From an uncultured Gemmatimonadales bacterium (lineage in GTDB: Bacteria > Gemmatimonadota > Gemmatimonadetes > Longimicrobiales > RSA9): DNA of 64,000 nucleotides. Position 1 is the first letter of the stretch. Each line of letters opens with the position of its first letter. Made by a program: the position numbers and the translations under genes. Location: the NCBI GenBank assembly GCA_963741945.1, contig CAVUKA010000001.1, forward strand, positions 384,001-448,000, in the 5' to 3' direction. Under the pieces are notes generated by a model that was given only the letters and a program-made list of their open reading frames with translations, had not been told where the DNA came from and ran no database searches. Shown in pieces: positions 20,053 through 30,460 of the stretch.

Positions 20053-20946
20053 ATTCGCCGCCGCACTGCCCCCGCACCGCCCATAGCCCGCGCCGCCCTG
20101 CCCGGACTCCTCCTGGCCCTGCTGCTCGCTCCTCCCCTCCGCGCGCAGGCGCCCGCGGCGCCGGCTCCTGCCGATCGCGGGCCGGAGTTCACGCCATGGG
20201 GCGTGGTCTCGTACTTCGCGCGGGCAACCGCCAGCGATACCTGGGCGGTGGCCCGTGCGCCGTTTCACATGGACCGGAACGACCTCATGCTCACGGGCGG
20301 GGTGGTGCTGGTGGGCGCGGCGCTGTTCGCCTACGACGAGCCGATCTGGGAGCACGTCCAGGCGCATGCGGACGACCCGCTGTACCGGGGCATGTACAAT
20401 GTGGCCGACGCCGTGGAGCCGTTCGGGCTGCAGGGCCGGATGAACAAGTACTACGCGGCGGGAACGCTCGCCGGCTACGTCGTGGATGGCGTCTGGCACG
20501 ACGCCACCATGCGCCACATTTTCGAGGAGCTGATGATCACGAACATCATCTCCACCGTGGGCCGGCGGGTGATCGGGAAGGCCGTGGGGCGGGAGCGGCC
20601 GGAGGTCGGCCAGGGCGCCTACGCGTTCCATTTCGGCGGCGGGCTTTCCTTCCCATCCGGGCACGTGGCCAACCTCGCCGCGCTCGCCACCGTGCTCGCC
20701 CACCACATCGACTGGTGGCCCGCCTCGGTCGTGCTGTCCGGCCTGGTCGGGACCATGATCGTTCATCGCGTGATCGAGTCCAACCACTGGGCCTCCGACT
20801 CCTGGATCGGCGCCTTCTGGGGCTACGGCATCGCGCGGGTGGTGATCGCCCGCCGCGAGGCCGATCACGTTCGCTTCTCCCCCGTGGTCCTGCAGCCGGG
20901 CGAAGGGGGCGTCGGCCTGGCCATCTCCGTTCCGACGCCGTTCTGA
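20053..20946 (+). CDS. PAP2-family phosphatase with signal peptide (probable ATT start; first canonical start is GTG 20203)
   Basis: PAP2 motifs GRERP, SFPSGH, R..SNHWASD. An in-frame signal peptide lies upstream of 20203, and the in-frame stop is at 20035. Confidence 0.8.
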   Translation: MRRRTAPAPPIARAALPGLLLALLLAPPLRAQAPAAPAPADRGPEFTPWGVVSYFARATASDTWAVARAPFHMDRNDLMLTGGVVLVGAALFAYDEPIWEHVQAHADDPLYRGMYNVADAVEPFGLQGRMNKYYAAGTLAGYVVDGVWHDATMRHIFEELMITNIISTVGRRVIGKAVGRERPEVGQGAYAFHFGGGLSFPSGHVANLAALATVLAHHIDWWPASVVLSGLVGTMIVHRVIESNHWASDSWIGAFWGYGIARVVIARREADHVRFSPVVLQPGEGGVGLAISVPTPF

Positions 20947-21009
20947 GTGGCGCTCCGGGGGACTCGCGCCTATCCTGATCGGCGTTCCCCCCAGACCCGG
21001 AGATCAGCC

Positions 21010-23967
21010 ATGCGGTTGCGCGGACGCACCCCACCGTCCCCCGCCCTTCTCGTCGTTGCACTCATCACCGCCGCCTGTGGTCACGCGGCTCCCCCCGCCT
21101 CGCCCGCACCCGCGGCCGGCGGCTTCGTGGTGGTCGGGGCGCGCGTGGTGGACGGTACCGGAGCGCCCGCGATGCTGTCCGCGGTACGGGTGCGCGGCGA
21201 CCGGATCACGGACATCGGTGAGCTGACGCCCGGACCGGGCGAGGTGGTGGTGGACGGGTCCGGCCTCGTGCTGGCTCCCGGCTTCATCGATACGCACAGC
21301 CACGCCAATGGCGCCCTGCGCCGGCTCCCCGACGCGCTGGGCGCGGTGAGCCAGGGGGTGACCACGGTCGTGGTGGGGCAGGACGGCAGCTCGCCCTACC
21401 CGCTGACGGACTTCTTCGATGACGTGGAGCGGACGGGCGTCGCAATCAACGTGGCCGCGTACACCGGCCATGGCACGCTCCGCGAGCAGGTCATGGACGA
21501 CGATTTTCGCCGACAGGCCTCGCCCGCGGAAGTGGACTCCATGCGCGTGTTGCTGCGCCGCGAGATGGCCGCCGGCGCACTGGGACTCTCCACCGGTCTC
21601 GAATACGACCCGGGGATCTACTCCAGCACCCGTGAGGTGGTGTCCCTCGCCCGCGAGGCCGGCGCGGCCGGGGGGCGCTACATCAGCCACATGCGGAGCG
21701 AGGATCGTCGCCTGTTCGAAGCCGTGGACGAGCTGATCCGGATCGGGCGTGAAGCGCACATCCCCGTGCAGGTCTCGCACATGAAGCTCGCCATGAAGTC
21801 ACTCTGGGGGCGGGCGGACGAGCTGCTGGCGCGGCTGGATTCGGCGCGCGCCGAGGGCGTGGATGTGACGGCCGACGTGTACCCGTACACGTACTGGCAG
21901 TCCACCATGACCGTGCTCTTCCCCGATCGCGATTTCACCGACCGTGACGCTGCCACATTCGCCCTGGACGAGCTCGTCCCGCCCGAAGGGATGCTGATCG
22001 CGCGCTATGAGCCTGAGCCCGCGTACGAGGGTCGGACGCTGGCCGACATCGCCGCATCCAGGAGCGAGGACCCGGTCACCACCTACATGGCGCTGATCGA
22101 GCGCGTCGAGCGCGAGCACGGCAGCGAGAGCATAATCGCCACCAGCATGGACGACCACGACGTCGCCCGCCTGCTACAGTGGCGCCACGCGAATGTCGGC
22201 TCCGATGGCGGGCTGGATGGAGCCCACCCCCGTGGCTTCGGCACGTTCACCCGTGTGCTGGGCCCCATGGTCCGAAACGGGACGCTCACGCTCGAAGAGG
22301 CCGTCCACAAGATGACCGGGCTCTCCGCGGAGCACGTCGGAATCGCGGACCGGGGCGTGATCCGGCCGGGGGCGGCGGCGGACCTGGTCCTCTTCGACCC
22401 GGCCACCATCCAGGACCGCGCCACGCCCGCGGACCCGCACGCCGTCAGCGGAGGCGTAACGCGGGTCTGGGTCGCCGGCCGCGAAGTCTACGCACAGGGT
22501 GCCACCACGGACGCCCGCCCCGGTCGTGTGATCCGGCGGCCGGGGAGCGCAGCGGCCGTCGGGACCGCGCCCGGCTCGGGCATGGCTGCGGCGGCGCCGG
22601 GAGCCGATCTCGGCGGGGCCGCGCGCCTCGGGGCCACCATCGACGCCATCTTCGCCGATTACGACTCCCCGCGGGCCCCGGGCTGCGCGGTGGGGTTGAT
22701 CGAGAACGGCGCCCTGGCGTTCGCCCGCGGCTACGGCATGGCCGATCTTGAGCACGGCATTCCCCTGTCGCCCCGGTCGGTCTTCCGGATCGGCTCCGTG
22801 TCGAAGCAGTTCACCGCGGCCGCCACCGTGCTGCTCGCCCAGGACGGCGAGCTCTCGCTGGACCACCCGCTGCGCGAGTACCTGCCCGAGCTGCCGGACT
22901 TCGGCCCGCGCTTCACGGTCCGGTCCCTCCTCAATCATACCAGCGGCGTACGGGACTATCTCACGCTCATGACCCTGGCGGGGTACCGCGAGCAGGACTG
23001 GTACTCGGACGCCAATGTCATGGCCATGCTCGCTCGCCAGAGCGCGCCCAACTTCGAGCCCGGCTCCGAGCACCTCTACAGCAACTCGGGCTATTTCCTC
23101 CTCTCGCAGCTGGTGAAGCGGGTCACGGGTGAGACGCTGGCGGAGTTCGCCCGCCGGCGGCTGTTCTCGCCGCTGGACATGCGGCACACCCGCTACCAGG
23201 ACGACCCCGCTTCCATCGTGCCCGACCGGGCCATCGGCTACGCCCCCGCGGACGAGGGGGGCTTCCGCATCAGCATGACCACACTGCCCATGGTGGGCGA
23301 CGGAGGGATCTTCACCTCCATCAGCGATCTCCTGGCGTGGGACCGCAACCTCGACGCGGGCGCGGCGGCGGGCGGGCCGTCGTTCGCAGCGGAAATGGTC
23401 CGCCGCGGCGTGCTCAGCTCCGGCGACACACTGGACTACGCCCTCGGGCTGGAGCACGGGAGCCAGCGCGGCCTTCACACCGTCTCCCACGGCGGCGCGT
23501 TCGTGGGCTTCCGCGCCGCATCGCTGCGCTACCCCGAAGAGGGCGTCGCCGTGTACACGCTCTGCAACCGCGCGGACGCCGACCCGATGGAGCGCAGCCT
23601 GCGCGTGGGCGAGGCGGCGCTCGCGGACCGCATGCGCCCGCCGGAGCCCCGGACGGCGGAGAGGAACGGCCGGAGCGGCGCCCTGGCCGCCGACACCATG
23701 GAGCTGCCGCTGGAGACCCTTGCAGCCTACGCCGGCGTCTACCACTCGGACGAGCTGGGCGCCGACTATCGCATCCGGGTGGCCCGCGGCGAGCTCATCC
23801 TCGAGGTCGGCAACGAGCTCGATGGCCCGCTCGCGGCCACCGCACCAGACGCGTTCCGGCGCGGCCCGCTGGTGCTCCGCTTCTTCCGGCAGCAGGACGC
23901 TCCCGCCGGGTTCGAAATGGACGCGGGGCGCGTGCGCGGGATCCGCTTCCGGCGCCTCGCACCGTAG
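21010..23967 (+). CDS. Lipoprotein fusion of an N-acyl-D-amino-acid deacylase (amidohydrolase) and a beta-lactamase-family serine hydrolase
   Basis: Lipobox ITAA-C; PGFIDTHSH, YISHMRSE, SHMK, GSDG..HPRGFGTF; Ala/Gly linker; then SxxK (GSVSK), YSN and HGG motifs. Confidence 0.88.
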   Translation: MRLRGRTPPSPALLVVALITAACGHAAPPASPAPAAGGFVVVGARVVDGTGAPAMLSAVRVRGDRITDIGELTPGPGEVVVDGSGLVLAPGFIDTHSHANGALRRLPDALGAVSQGVTTVVVGQDGSSPYPLTDFFDDVERTGVAINVAAYTGHGTLREQVMDDDFRRQASPAEVDSMRVLLRREMAAGALGLSTGLEYDPGIYSSTREVVSLAREAGAAGGRYISHMRSEDRRLFEAVDELIRIGREAHIPVQVSHMKLAMKSLWGRADELLARLDSARAEGVDVTADVYPYTYWQSTMTVLFPDRDFTDRDAATFALDELVPPEGMLIARYEPEPAYEGRTLADIAASRSEDPVTTYMALIERVEREHGSESIIATSMDDHDVARLLQWRHANVGSDGGLDGAHPRGFGTFTRVLGPMVRNGTLTLEEAVHKMTGLSAEHVGIADRGVIRPGAAADLVLFDPATIQDRATPADPHAVSGGVTRVWVAGREVYAQGATTDARPGRVIRRPGSAAAVGTAPGSGMAAAAPGADLGGAARLGATIDAIFADYDSPRAPGCAVGLIENGALAFARGYGMADLEHGIPLSPRSVFRIGSVSKQFTAAATVLLAQDGELSLDHPLREYLPELPDFGPRFTVRSLLNHTSGVRDYLTLMTLAGYREQDWYSDANVMAMLARQSAPNFEPGSEHLYSNSGYFLLSQLVKRVTGETLAEFARRRLFSPLDMRHTRYQDDPASIVPDRAIGYAPADEGGFRISMTTLPMVGDGGIFTSISDLLAWDRNLDAGAAAGGPSFAAEMVRRGVLSSGDTLDYALGLEHGSQRGLHTVSHGGAFVGFRAASLRYPEEGVAVYTLCNRADADPMERSLRVGEAALADRMRPPEPRTAERNGRSGALAADTMELPLETLAAYAGVYHSDELGADYRIRVARGELILEVGNELDGPLAATAPDAFRRGPLVLRFFRQQDAPAGFEMDAGRVRGIRFRRLAP

Positions 23968-24005
23968 CGCGGGCGCCGGAAGCAGCCTTCTCCGGCCCCG
24001 CCGCG

Positions 24006-26441
24006 TCAGTCCACGAGCGCCCGCGCCGGGTCCACCGATGCCGCGCGGTGGGCTGGCGGGGCTACGGCCGCCAGCGAGACCAGCAGCAGGAGCACGGCCG
24101 TCGCCCCGTACGTGAGCGGGTCCACGGGCGAGAGACCGAAAAAGAGCGAGCGCACCACTACCGCGCCCGCCGCCGCGGCTGCACCCCCGACGCACAGACC
24201 CACCACCACAGGGCCGAGCGCCTGCCGCGCCACCATGCGCAGCACGGCGGCCCGGTCCGCGCCCAGCGCCACACGCACGCCGATCTCCCGCGTGCGGCGC
24301 GCCACGGAGTACGACACGACGCCATAGAGACCCGTGAGCGCCAGAACCAGCGCGATTCCGCCCAGGCCCGCCATGGCCCGGGCCAGGAGCGACCAGTTCA
24401 GCAGCTGGCGCCGACGCACCTGCGACGCCGTTTCCACCCGCTGCAGCGGGAGCGCGGGATCGAGCTGGCGCACCACGTCCCGAACCGCGCGCACGGCCGA
24501 CTCCGGGCTGCCTCCCGCGCGGACATAGAGCGTGGCCGCGGAAGACGTCCGACCATCGAACGGCAGATACAGCACCGGGGCCGGCGCATCCTGAAGCCGG
24601 GGCCGCACATCCTCCACCACCGCCGTCACGCGAATGGTGCGCTCCACCGCGCCCTCTCGCACGCGGAGCGTTTGGCCCAGCGGAGCCCCACCCGGGAAAT
24701 AGCGGTCGGCGGCGGTCCGGCTCAATGCCACCGCGTCGCCGCGCCAGGCGCCGGGCTGGGCGCCGACGCTGCCCGACAGGACGGGCACACCCGCGGCGCC
24801 GAACCAGCGGGCTCCCACGTGGGCAACGGACACCGGCGCGGCGCGCTCCATCTCCCCGCCGCCAGCCGATGCGCGCGCGGACGGGAATCCTTCCAGGAGC
24901 GGAAGCTCCGAGAAGCCCGCCTCACGCACATCCGGCAGGCTGCGCGTGGCGGCCAGCAGGTCGGTAAGGAGAGCGCGGCTGCGGCCGGCGTCGTAGCCCA
25001 GGACGGAGGGGTCCAGCGTGAACAGGACCAGTCCGTCCTCGTCCACACCGCTGGCCAGGGACATGCCCCTCCCCACGCTGCGGACGAACAGCCCTGATCC
25101 GACCAGCAGGAGCACGGAGACGGCCACCTGCACGGCCACCAGACCGTTCCGGAGCCGGACCGCGTCCACTCCATCCGTGCTCCGGCCCGCCGCCGCCAGC
25201 GCCCCGGCGGCACCGGCGCGCGCGGCCCGGAGCGCCGGGACCGCGCCCGCCAGAAGGCCCACCCCCACGGCTGCGGCGAGCGCGAACCCGAACACGCGAT
25301 AGTCCAGTGGAACGTCCGACACCAGGCGGATGGAGAAAGCCGCCGCCAGCTGGCGTGACCAGAACGCCATGATCAGCCCCAGCGCCCCCGCCGCCAGCGC
25401 CATCAGCACGCTCTCCAGCAGAACCCGCCGCCGCAGCATGGACGCGCGCGCTCCCAGGGCCGCGCGCACCGCCATCTCCCGCGTTCGATCGGCCGTTCGC
25501 GCCAGCATCGCGCTCGCCGCGTTCGCCGCCGCCATGATCAGCACCAGGAGCGGCACGATGAGGAACGCGGCGATCGTCACCGCCGGCCGCCAGTCGCCTG
25601 CGCCCGGGCCGAAGACGAGATCGCCACGGAAGAGCCTGGCTCCGCGCCTCGCCTCGGGTGAGCCGCGCTCCAGCGCCGCCGCCAACACCGGCAGCGCCGC
25701 ACCGAGTCGCTCCCGCGTCACACCCGGCGCCAGCCTGGCCGCCACCCTCAGCCAGCGGGCCTCCCCCACGGCTTCCCCGCCCCGAGCCCAGCTCGGGCGC
25801 GCCCACGCGGCCGTACCCATGGGCAGCCACACGGACGGGCTGCCACGCTCCCCTTCCAGGACATCCCCGGGCGTCATGCCCGTGAACGCCTCGGGCGCAA
25901 CACCCACCACGCTCACAGCCCGACCGTTCACCCGGATGAGCCGCCCCACGGCGGCCTCCCCACCCAGCTGCTCCTGCCAGAACCGCCACGACACCACCGC
26001 CGTGGCCGCCCCGGGCTCGCCCTCCTCGGATACGAAGAATCGACCGGCCGCCGGCCGCGTGCCCAGCGTTTCGAAGTAGTTCGGTACCACCACTTCGGCC
26101 GTCGCCACGAACGGGTCCCCCGACGTCTCCACCGAGACCTCCGTCGGGCCCGCCGCCGTCACGGACGCGAACAGGTCGCCCCGATCCCCGACCACCGCCA
26201 CGTCGGACAGGCCGAACAACCCCGGAAACGACCCGCCTTCCAGCGCCATCCCCAGCGAGACCACTCGGTCCTGCTCAACCACTCCCACCAGGTCCCGCAG
26301 CGCCATGGCGTTCAGCACACTGAACACCGTGGTGACCACCCCGCTCGCCACCGCAAGTGACAGCACCGCCGTGGCCGTCAGCCCCGGTGTCTTCCTGAGC
26401 GATCGTGCCGCCTGCCCCAGCTCCCTCCGCCATTCGATCAT
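24006..26441 (-). CDS. ADOP-type duplicated ABC/MacB-FtsX-like permease
   Basis: Two MacB/FtsX repeats: RTREMAVRAALGA and RRTREIGVRVALGA; N-terminal RSLRKTPG; C-terminal PAHRAASVDP. Confidence 0.88.
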   Translation of the reverse strand: MIEWRRELGQAARSLRKTPGLTATAVLSLAVASGVVTTVFSVLNAMALRDLVGVVEQDRVVSLGMALEGGSFPGLFGLSDVAVVGDRGDLFASVTAAGPTEVSVETSGDPFVATAEVVVPNYFETLGTRPAAGRFFVSEEGEPGAATAVVSWRFWQEQLGGEAAVGRLIRVNGRAVSVVGVAPEAFTGMTPGDVLEGERGSPSVWLPMGTAAWARPSWARGGEAVGEARWLRVAARLAPGVTRERLGAALPVLAAALERGSPEARRGARLFRGDLVFGPGAGDWRPAVTIAAFLIVPLLVLIMAAANAASAMLARTADRTREMAVRAALGARASMLRRRVLLESVLMALAAGALGLIMAFWSRQLAAAFSIRLVSDVPLDYRVFGFALAAAVGVGLLAGAVPALRAARAGAAGALAAAGRSTDGVDAVRLRNGLVAVQVAVSVLLLVGSGLFVRSVGRGMSLASGVDEDGLVLFTLDPSVLGYDAGRSRALLTDLLAATRSLPDVREAGFSELPLLEGFPSARASAGGGEMERAAPVSVAHVGARWFGAAGVPVLSGSVGAQPGAWRGDAVALSRTAADRYFPGGAPLGQTLRVREGAVERTIRVTAVVEDVRPRLQDAPAPVLYLPFDGRTSSAATLYVRAGGSPESAVRAVRDVVRQLDPALPLQRVETASQVRRRQLLNWSLLARAMAGLGGIALVLALTGLYGVVSYSVARRTREIGVRVALGADRAAVLRMVARQALGPVVVGLCVGGAAAAAGAVVVRSLFFGLSPVDPLTYGATAVLLLLVSLAAVAPPAHRAASVDPARALVD

Positions 26442-26535
26442 CGGAGCCTGTCCGCCGCGCAAGTGATGTTCACCCCCCGCGCCCTACGGCGGCCGGGCGC
26501 CCCTGGTTTCGCCCGTGCCTCATCCTTTTCCGTCA

Positions 26536-26561
26536 TGAAACATCCTCACCTCACGCACGTA
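26536..26561 (+). promoter_or_regulatory. SigW-like ECF promoter upstream of the M28 peptidase
   Basis: TGAAAC (26536-41), N16, CGTA (26558-61). Confidence 0.6.
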
Positions 26562-26648
26562 CCGTTGTCCATGGCGTGATGATGTCGTAGAGTCCCGTCA
26601 TCCCCGCCGGAGCCCGGCTTCGGCGCCCATCGAACGGAAAAGTGAACC

Positions 26649-28214
26649 ATGATGAAGAACCGGATGGCCGGTCCCACGCGAAGGACCGGACTGCTGCTGC
26701 TCATTCCCGCGCTCGGCGCGTGCGCCGGCGGGAGCACCCCCGAAGCGCCAGGGCCGGAGGCGGTGTCCCCTGAAGCCGCGATGCACCAGGCGGTGACGAC
26801 GATCACGGCGGCCGACATGGGCGCGCGGATCGGGGCGCTGGCGGACGACTCCATGCGAGGCCGGGACACGCCGAGTCCTGAGCTGGAGAAGGCGGCCGTG
26901 TACCTGTCGAACGAATTCCGCTCGCTCGGGCTGAAGCCCGCGGGTGATGACGGGACGTACATCCAGCGGTACGACTACAAGGTGTCCAAGCTCGAGCCGG
27001 CGGCGACGTCGGTGTCGGTGCAGGGAGGCGCATCCAGCGGCCTGGAATACGGGAAGGACTACTTCCTGGTCCCATCTCCGCAGGCGGCGCGGGAAGGGAG
27101 CCCCTACTACGCTGGCGTGGCAGGAGCGGGCGTGCAGATACCTGCGGAAGCCCGCGGCGGGATCATCGTCTTCGACCACCCGGTGGCGGAGCTCGGGCAG
27201 GCATGGCAGCAGAAGCTGATGTCCGCGCTCCAGGCCACGATGACGTCGGGGGCGGCGGGCATGATCGCCATCCTGGACCCGGCGTTCCAGGCGGACCAGG
27301 TGGCCATGCTGGCTTCCATGACGGCGCAGCAGCGAGCGCCGTTCCCGATCGTGGGGATCACGGAAGAGGCGGCCCGAAGGCTGTTTGCCGCGGCGGGTGT
27401 CGATATCGATGCCGTCCGGACGGCCGGCGTGCCTGCGGCCATGGGAAACGCGGTCCTCGAGATCCGGTCGGCGCAGAGCGAGACCACGCACCGGCCGCCG
27501 AATGTGGTGGCGGTGCTGCCCGGCTCGGATCCGGCGCTGGCGGGGACGTACGTGGTGATCTCCGCCCATTTCGACCATGTGGGCGTGGGCTCGCCGAACG
27601 AGGCGGGAGACTCCATCTACAACGGGGCGGATGACGACGCTTCCGGGACGGCCGCGGTCCTGGAGATCGCGGAAGCGTTCGCGTCTCTGCCGAAGGCGCC
27701 CGCCCGCTCGGTGCTGTTCCTGGCGGTGAGCGGGGAGGAGAAGGGGCTGCTCGGGTCGATGGCGTTCGCCAAGAACCCGACGGTCCCCATGGATTCCGTG
27801 GTGGCCGACGTCAACATGGACATGATCGGCCGGAATGCCCGGGACACGGTGATCGGTATCGGCCAGGAGTACTCCTCGCTGGCCGACGTGCTGGCCGAGA
27901 TCACCGGCCATCACCCGGAGCTGGGGCTGAACGTGATCCTGGATCCGAAGCCGGAGGAGATGTTCTTCTTCCGGAGTGATCAGCTGGCGTTCATCAAGGA
28001 GGGCGTGCCGGCGGTGTTCTTCACCACGGGCGAGCACCCCGACTACCACAAGCCGAGCGACGATCCGGCCTCCATCGACAACGACAAGGCCGCTCGCGTG
28101 ACCCGGCTCGGCTTCCTGCTGGCCGCCCACATCGCCCAGGACCCGGAGCGCCCGGCGTGGACGCCGGAAGGGAAGCAGAAGGTGGACGAGATGCTGGCCC
28201 GCTCGCCCTTCTGA
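26649..28214 (+). CDS. M28 family metallopeptidase lipoprotein
   Basis: Lipobox LGA-C; SAHFDH, NGADDDASG, GEEKGLLGS, NMDMIG, RSD, DYH. Confidence 0.92.
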   Translation: MMKNRMAGPTRRTGLLLLIPALGACAGGSTPEAPGPEAVSPEAAMHQAVTTITAADMGARIGALADDSMRGRDTPSPELEKAAVYLSNEFRSLGLKPAGDDGTYIQRYDYKVSKLEPAATSVSVQGGASSGLEYGKDYFLVPSPQAAREGSPYYAGVAGAGVQIPAEARGGIIVFDHPVAELGQAWQQKLMSALQATMTSGAAGMIAILDPAFQADQVAMLASMTAQQRAPFPIVGITEEAARRLFAAAGVDIDAVRTAGVPAAMGNAVLEIRSAQSETTHRPPNVVAVLPGSDPALAGTYVVISAHFDHVGVGSPNEAGDSIYNGADDDASGTAAVLEIAEAFASLPKAPARSVLFLAVSGEEKGLLGSMAFAKNPTVPMDSVVADVNMDMIGRNARDTVIGIGQEYSSLADVLAEITGHHPELGLNVILDPKPEEMFFFRSDQLAFIKEGVPAVFFTTGEHPDYHKPSDDPASIDNDKAARVTRLGFLLAAHIAQDPERPAWTPEGKQKVDEMLARSPF

Positions 28215-28242
28215 GCCCCGCACCGCCCGCGCGATGGAATGG

Positions 28243-28272
28243 AGGCCCCGGCGAGCATGCTCGCCGGGGCCT
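28243..28272. terminator. Palindromic hairpin, likely terminator between convergent genes
   Basis: AGGCCCCGGCGAGCATGCTCGCCGGGGCCT is a perfect 30-bp palindrome. Confidence 0.7.
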
Positions 28273-28335
28273 TCGGCTGCCCGCACGGACGCCGCGGTAC
28301 CGGGGTGGCCCGCGGGAAATCAATTCGCGCGGGGT

Positions 28336-30405
28336 TTATCCCACCTCGTACATGGCCGCGCGCTCGCCGTACGTGCGCTCCAGCGTTTCGCGCAGCAATG
28401 GGTTGCGCCGCAGCTCCGGATCCGCGGCCACGCTGCCGCGGGCATCTTCCCTGGCCCGCACCAGCAGGTCCTCGTCTCGCTCGATGTCGAAGAAGTGGAA
28501 GTCGGGGAGCCCGTGCTGGCGGGCGCCGAACAGGTCGCCCATGCCGCGCAGCCGGAGGTCCGCCCGTGCGATCTCGAACCCGTCGTCGCTCCGCTCCAGG
28601 ATGCGGAGCCGCTCCATGGTCTCGGGACTGCCGGACCCCATGAGGACGCAGTAGGACTGGCTCGCATCGCGCCCCACGCGGCCACGGAGCTGATGGAGCT
28701 GGCTGAGGCCGAACCGCTCCGCGTGCTCGACCACCATCACCGTGGCGTTGGGGACATCGATCCCCACTTCCACCACCGTGGTGGCGACCAGGACATGGAT
28801 TTCGCCGGCCAGGAACCGCCGCATCATGGCGTCCTTCTCGTCCGCTTTCATCTGGCCGTGCAACAGCCCGACGGAAAGGTCCGGGAACACTTCCGCGCTC
28901 AGCCGCTCGTACTCGGCCGTGGCGGCCTTGAGATCGATCTTCTCCGACTCCTCCACCAGGGGATAGACCACGTACGCCTGGCGGCCGGCTTCGACCTGCT
29001 CCCGTATGAACTCCATCACGTTCGCGCGCGCCGATTCGGGGCGCAGCGCCGTGCGGATCGGACGGCGCCCCGCCGGCTTCTCATCCAGGAGGCTCACGTC
29101 CAGGTCGCCGTAGAGCGTGAGCGCCAGGCTGCGCGGGATCGGCGTGGCGGACATGACCAGGACGTCCGGGTCCTGTCCCTGCTCCGCCAGCGCTTTCCGC
29201 TGGCGCACGCCGAACCGATGCTGTTCGTCCACCACCACGAGCCCGAGGCGGCGGAACCTCGCACCCTCCTGGATCAGGGCGTGGGTCCCGACAACCAGGG
29301 CCGCGCGGCCGCTCTCCATCCCCTGCAGCGCGTGCTGCCGGGCCTTCCCCTTCACGGACCCCGTGAGCAGCACGACGTCGACCCCGAGCGATGTGGTCAG
29401 CGCCCGCAGCGTGGAATGGTGCTGCTCGGCCAGCAGCTCGGTGGGTGCCATGAGCGCGGCCTGGTGCTCTGACTCCGCGGCCAGGAGCATGGCGAACAGG
29501 GCGACGACGGTCTTCCCCGCCCCGACGTCGCCCTGGAGCATCCGGTTCATGCGACGCGGCGCGGTCATGTCGCCCAGGATCTCGCGGATGGCGCGCTTCT
29601 GGGCCTCCGTCAGCTGGAACGGCAGGTGGTCGTACAGCGGGCGGATCAAGCGGTCCGTGCGCGCGAAGGCGATGCCGGGGCGCTCGCGGGTGGCCGCGTG
29701 GTGGGAGCGGGCGTGCAGGAGCTGGAGGAAGAACAGCTCCTCGTAGGCCATGCGTCGGCGCGCCCGCTCGGCCGCGTCGAGGGACGCGGGGCGGTGCAGC
29801 GTGACGAGGGCCGTGGCCAGGCCGGGGAGGCCGCGCTCCTTCAGCCAGCGGGCATCGAACGGGTCCTCCAGCGCGGGGAGCAGGCGGTCCAGGTTCGCGT
29901 CGATGATGTTGCGCAGCATGCGCTGCGACAGCCCCTCCGTACTCGGGTAGATCGGGAGCACGCGTCCCCCTTCGGGCGTGTCTTCGCGATCCAGTGTGAC
30001 GTACTCGCGCGGCTGCATCTGGCGGCCGTGGAAGAACCGCACGGGGCCGGTGACCAGCAGGCGGTCGCCCTTGTGGATGCTGCGGTCGAGGAACGGCTGA
30101 CCCGGCCAGGAGCATTCGATCAGGCCGGACGGATCCCGGAGCACGGCCTGGAAGATTCGCAGTCCCTTCCGCGTGGGGAGCACGCCCTTGCTCACCACTT
30201 CCCCGATCACCGTGGCGTCCATCCCCACTTCCAGCGACCCGATGGACGCCACGGTGCTGGCGTCCTCATAGCGCCGGGGGACGTGGTAGAGCAGGTCGCG
30301 GGCCGTGCGAATGCCGAGGCGGTCCAGCTGCTCCGCGCGGCGGGGGCCGACGCCCTTGAGGTATTGCGCCGGCCGATCCAGCATGAATGCGTTCGCAGTG
30401 GTCAC
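28336..30405 (-). CDS. recG: ATP-dependent DNA helicase RecG
   Basis: [49 protein letters not shown]. Confidence 0.98.
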   Translation of the reverse strand: MTTANAFMLDRPAQYLKGVGPRRAEQLDRLGIRTARDLLYHVPRRYEDASTVASIGSLEVGMDATVIGEVVSKGVLPTRKGLRIFQAVLRDPSGLIECSWPGQPFLDRSIHKGDRLLVTGPVRFFHGRQMQPREYVTLDREDTPEGGRVLPIYPSTEGLSQRMLRNIIDANLDRLLPALEDPFDARWLKERGLPGLATALVTLHRPASLDAAERARRRMAYEELFFLQLLHARSHHAATRERPGIAFARTDRLIRPLYDHLPFQLTEAQKRAIREILGDMTAPRRMNRMLQGDVGAGKTVVALFAMLLAAESEHQAALMAPTELLAEQHHSTLRALTTSLGVDVVLLTGSVKGKARQHALQGMESGRAALVVGTHALIQEGARFRRLGLVVVDEQHRFGVRQRKALAEQGQDPDVLVMSATPIPRSLALTLYGDLDVSLLDEKPAGRRPIRTALRPESARANVMEFIREQVEAGRQAYVVYPLVEESEKIDLKAATAEYERLSAEVFPDLSVGLLHGQMKADEKDAMMRRFLAGEIHVLVATTVVEVGIDVPNATVMVVEHAERFGLSQLHQLRGRVGRDASQSYCVLMGSGSPETMERLRILERSDDGFEIARADLRLRGMGDLFGARQHGLPDFHFFDIERDEDLLVRAREDARGSVAADPELRRNPLLRETLERTYGERAAMYEVG

Positions 30406-30460
30406 GGTGCCCCGGTGTCTCTGTGGGCCGGCGAGTCCGGCGTGGCGGACGGAGGGCCTC

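Noticed and set aside
26504-26519. Sigma54-like GG-N10-GC upstream of the M28 peptidase
   Set aside because: Poor match outside the dinucleotides; the exact ECF motif just downstream is a better explanation.
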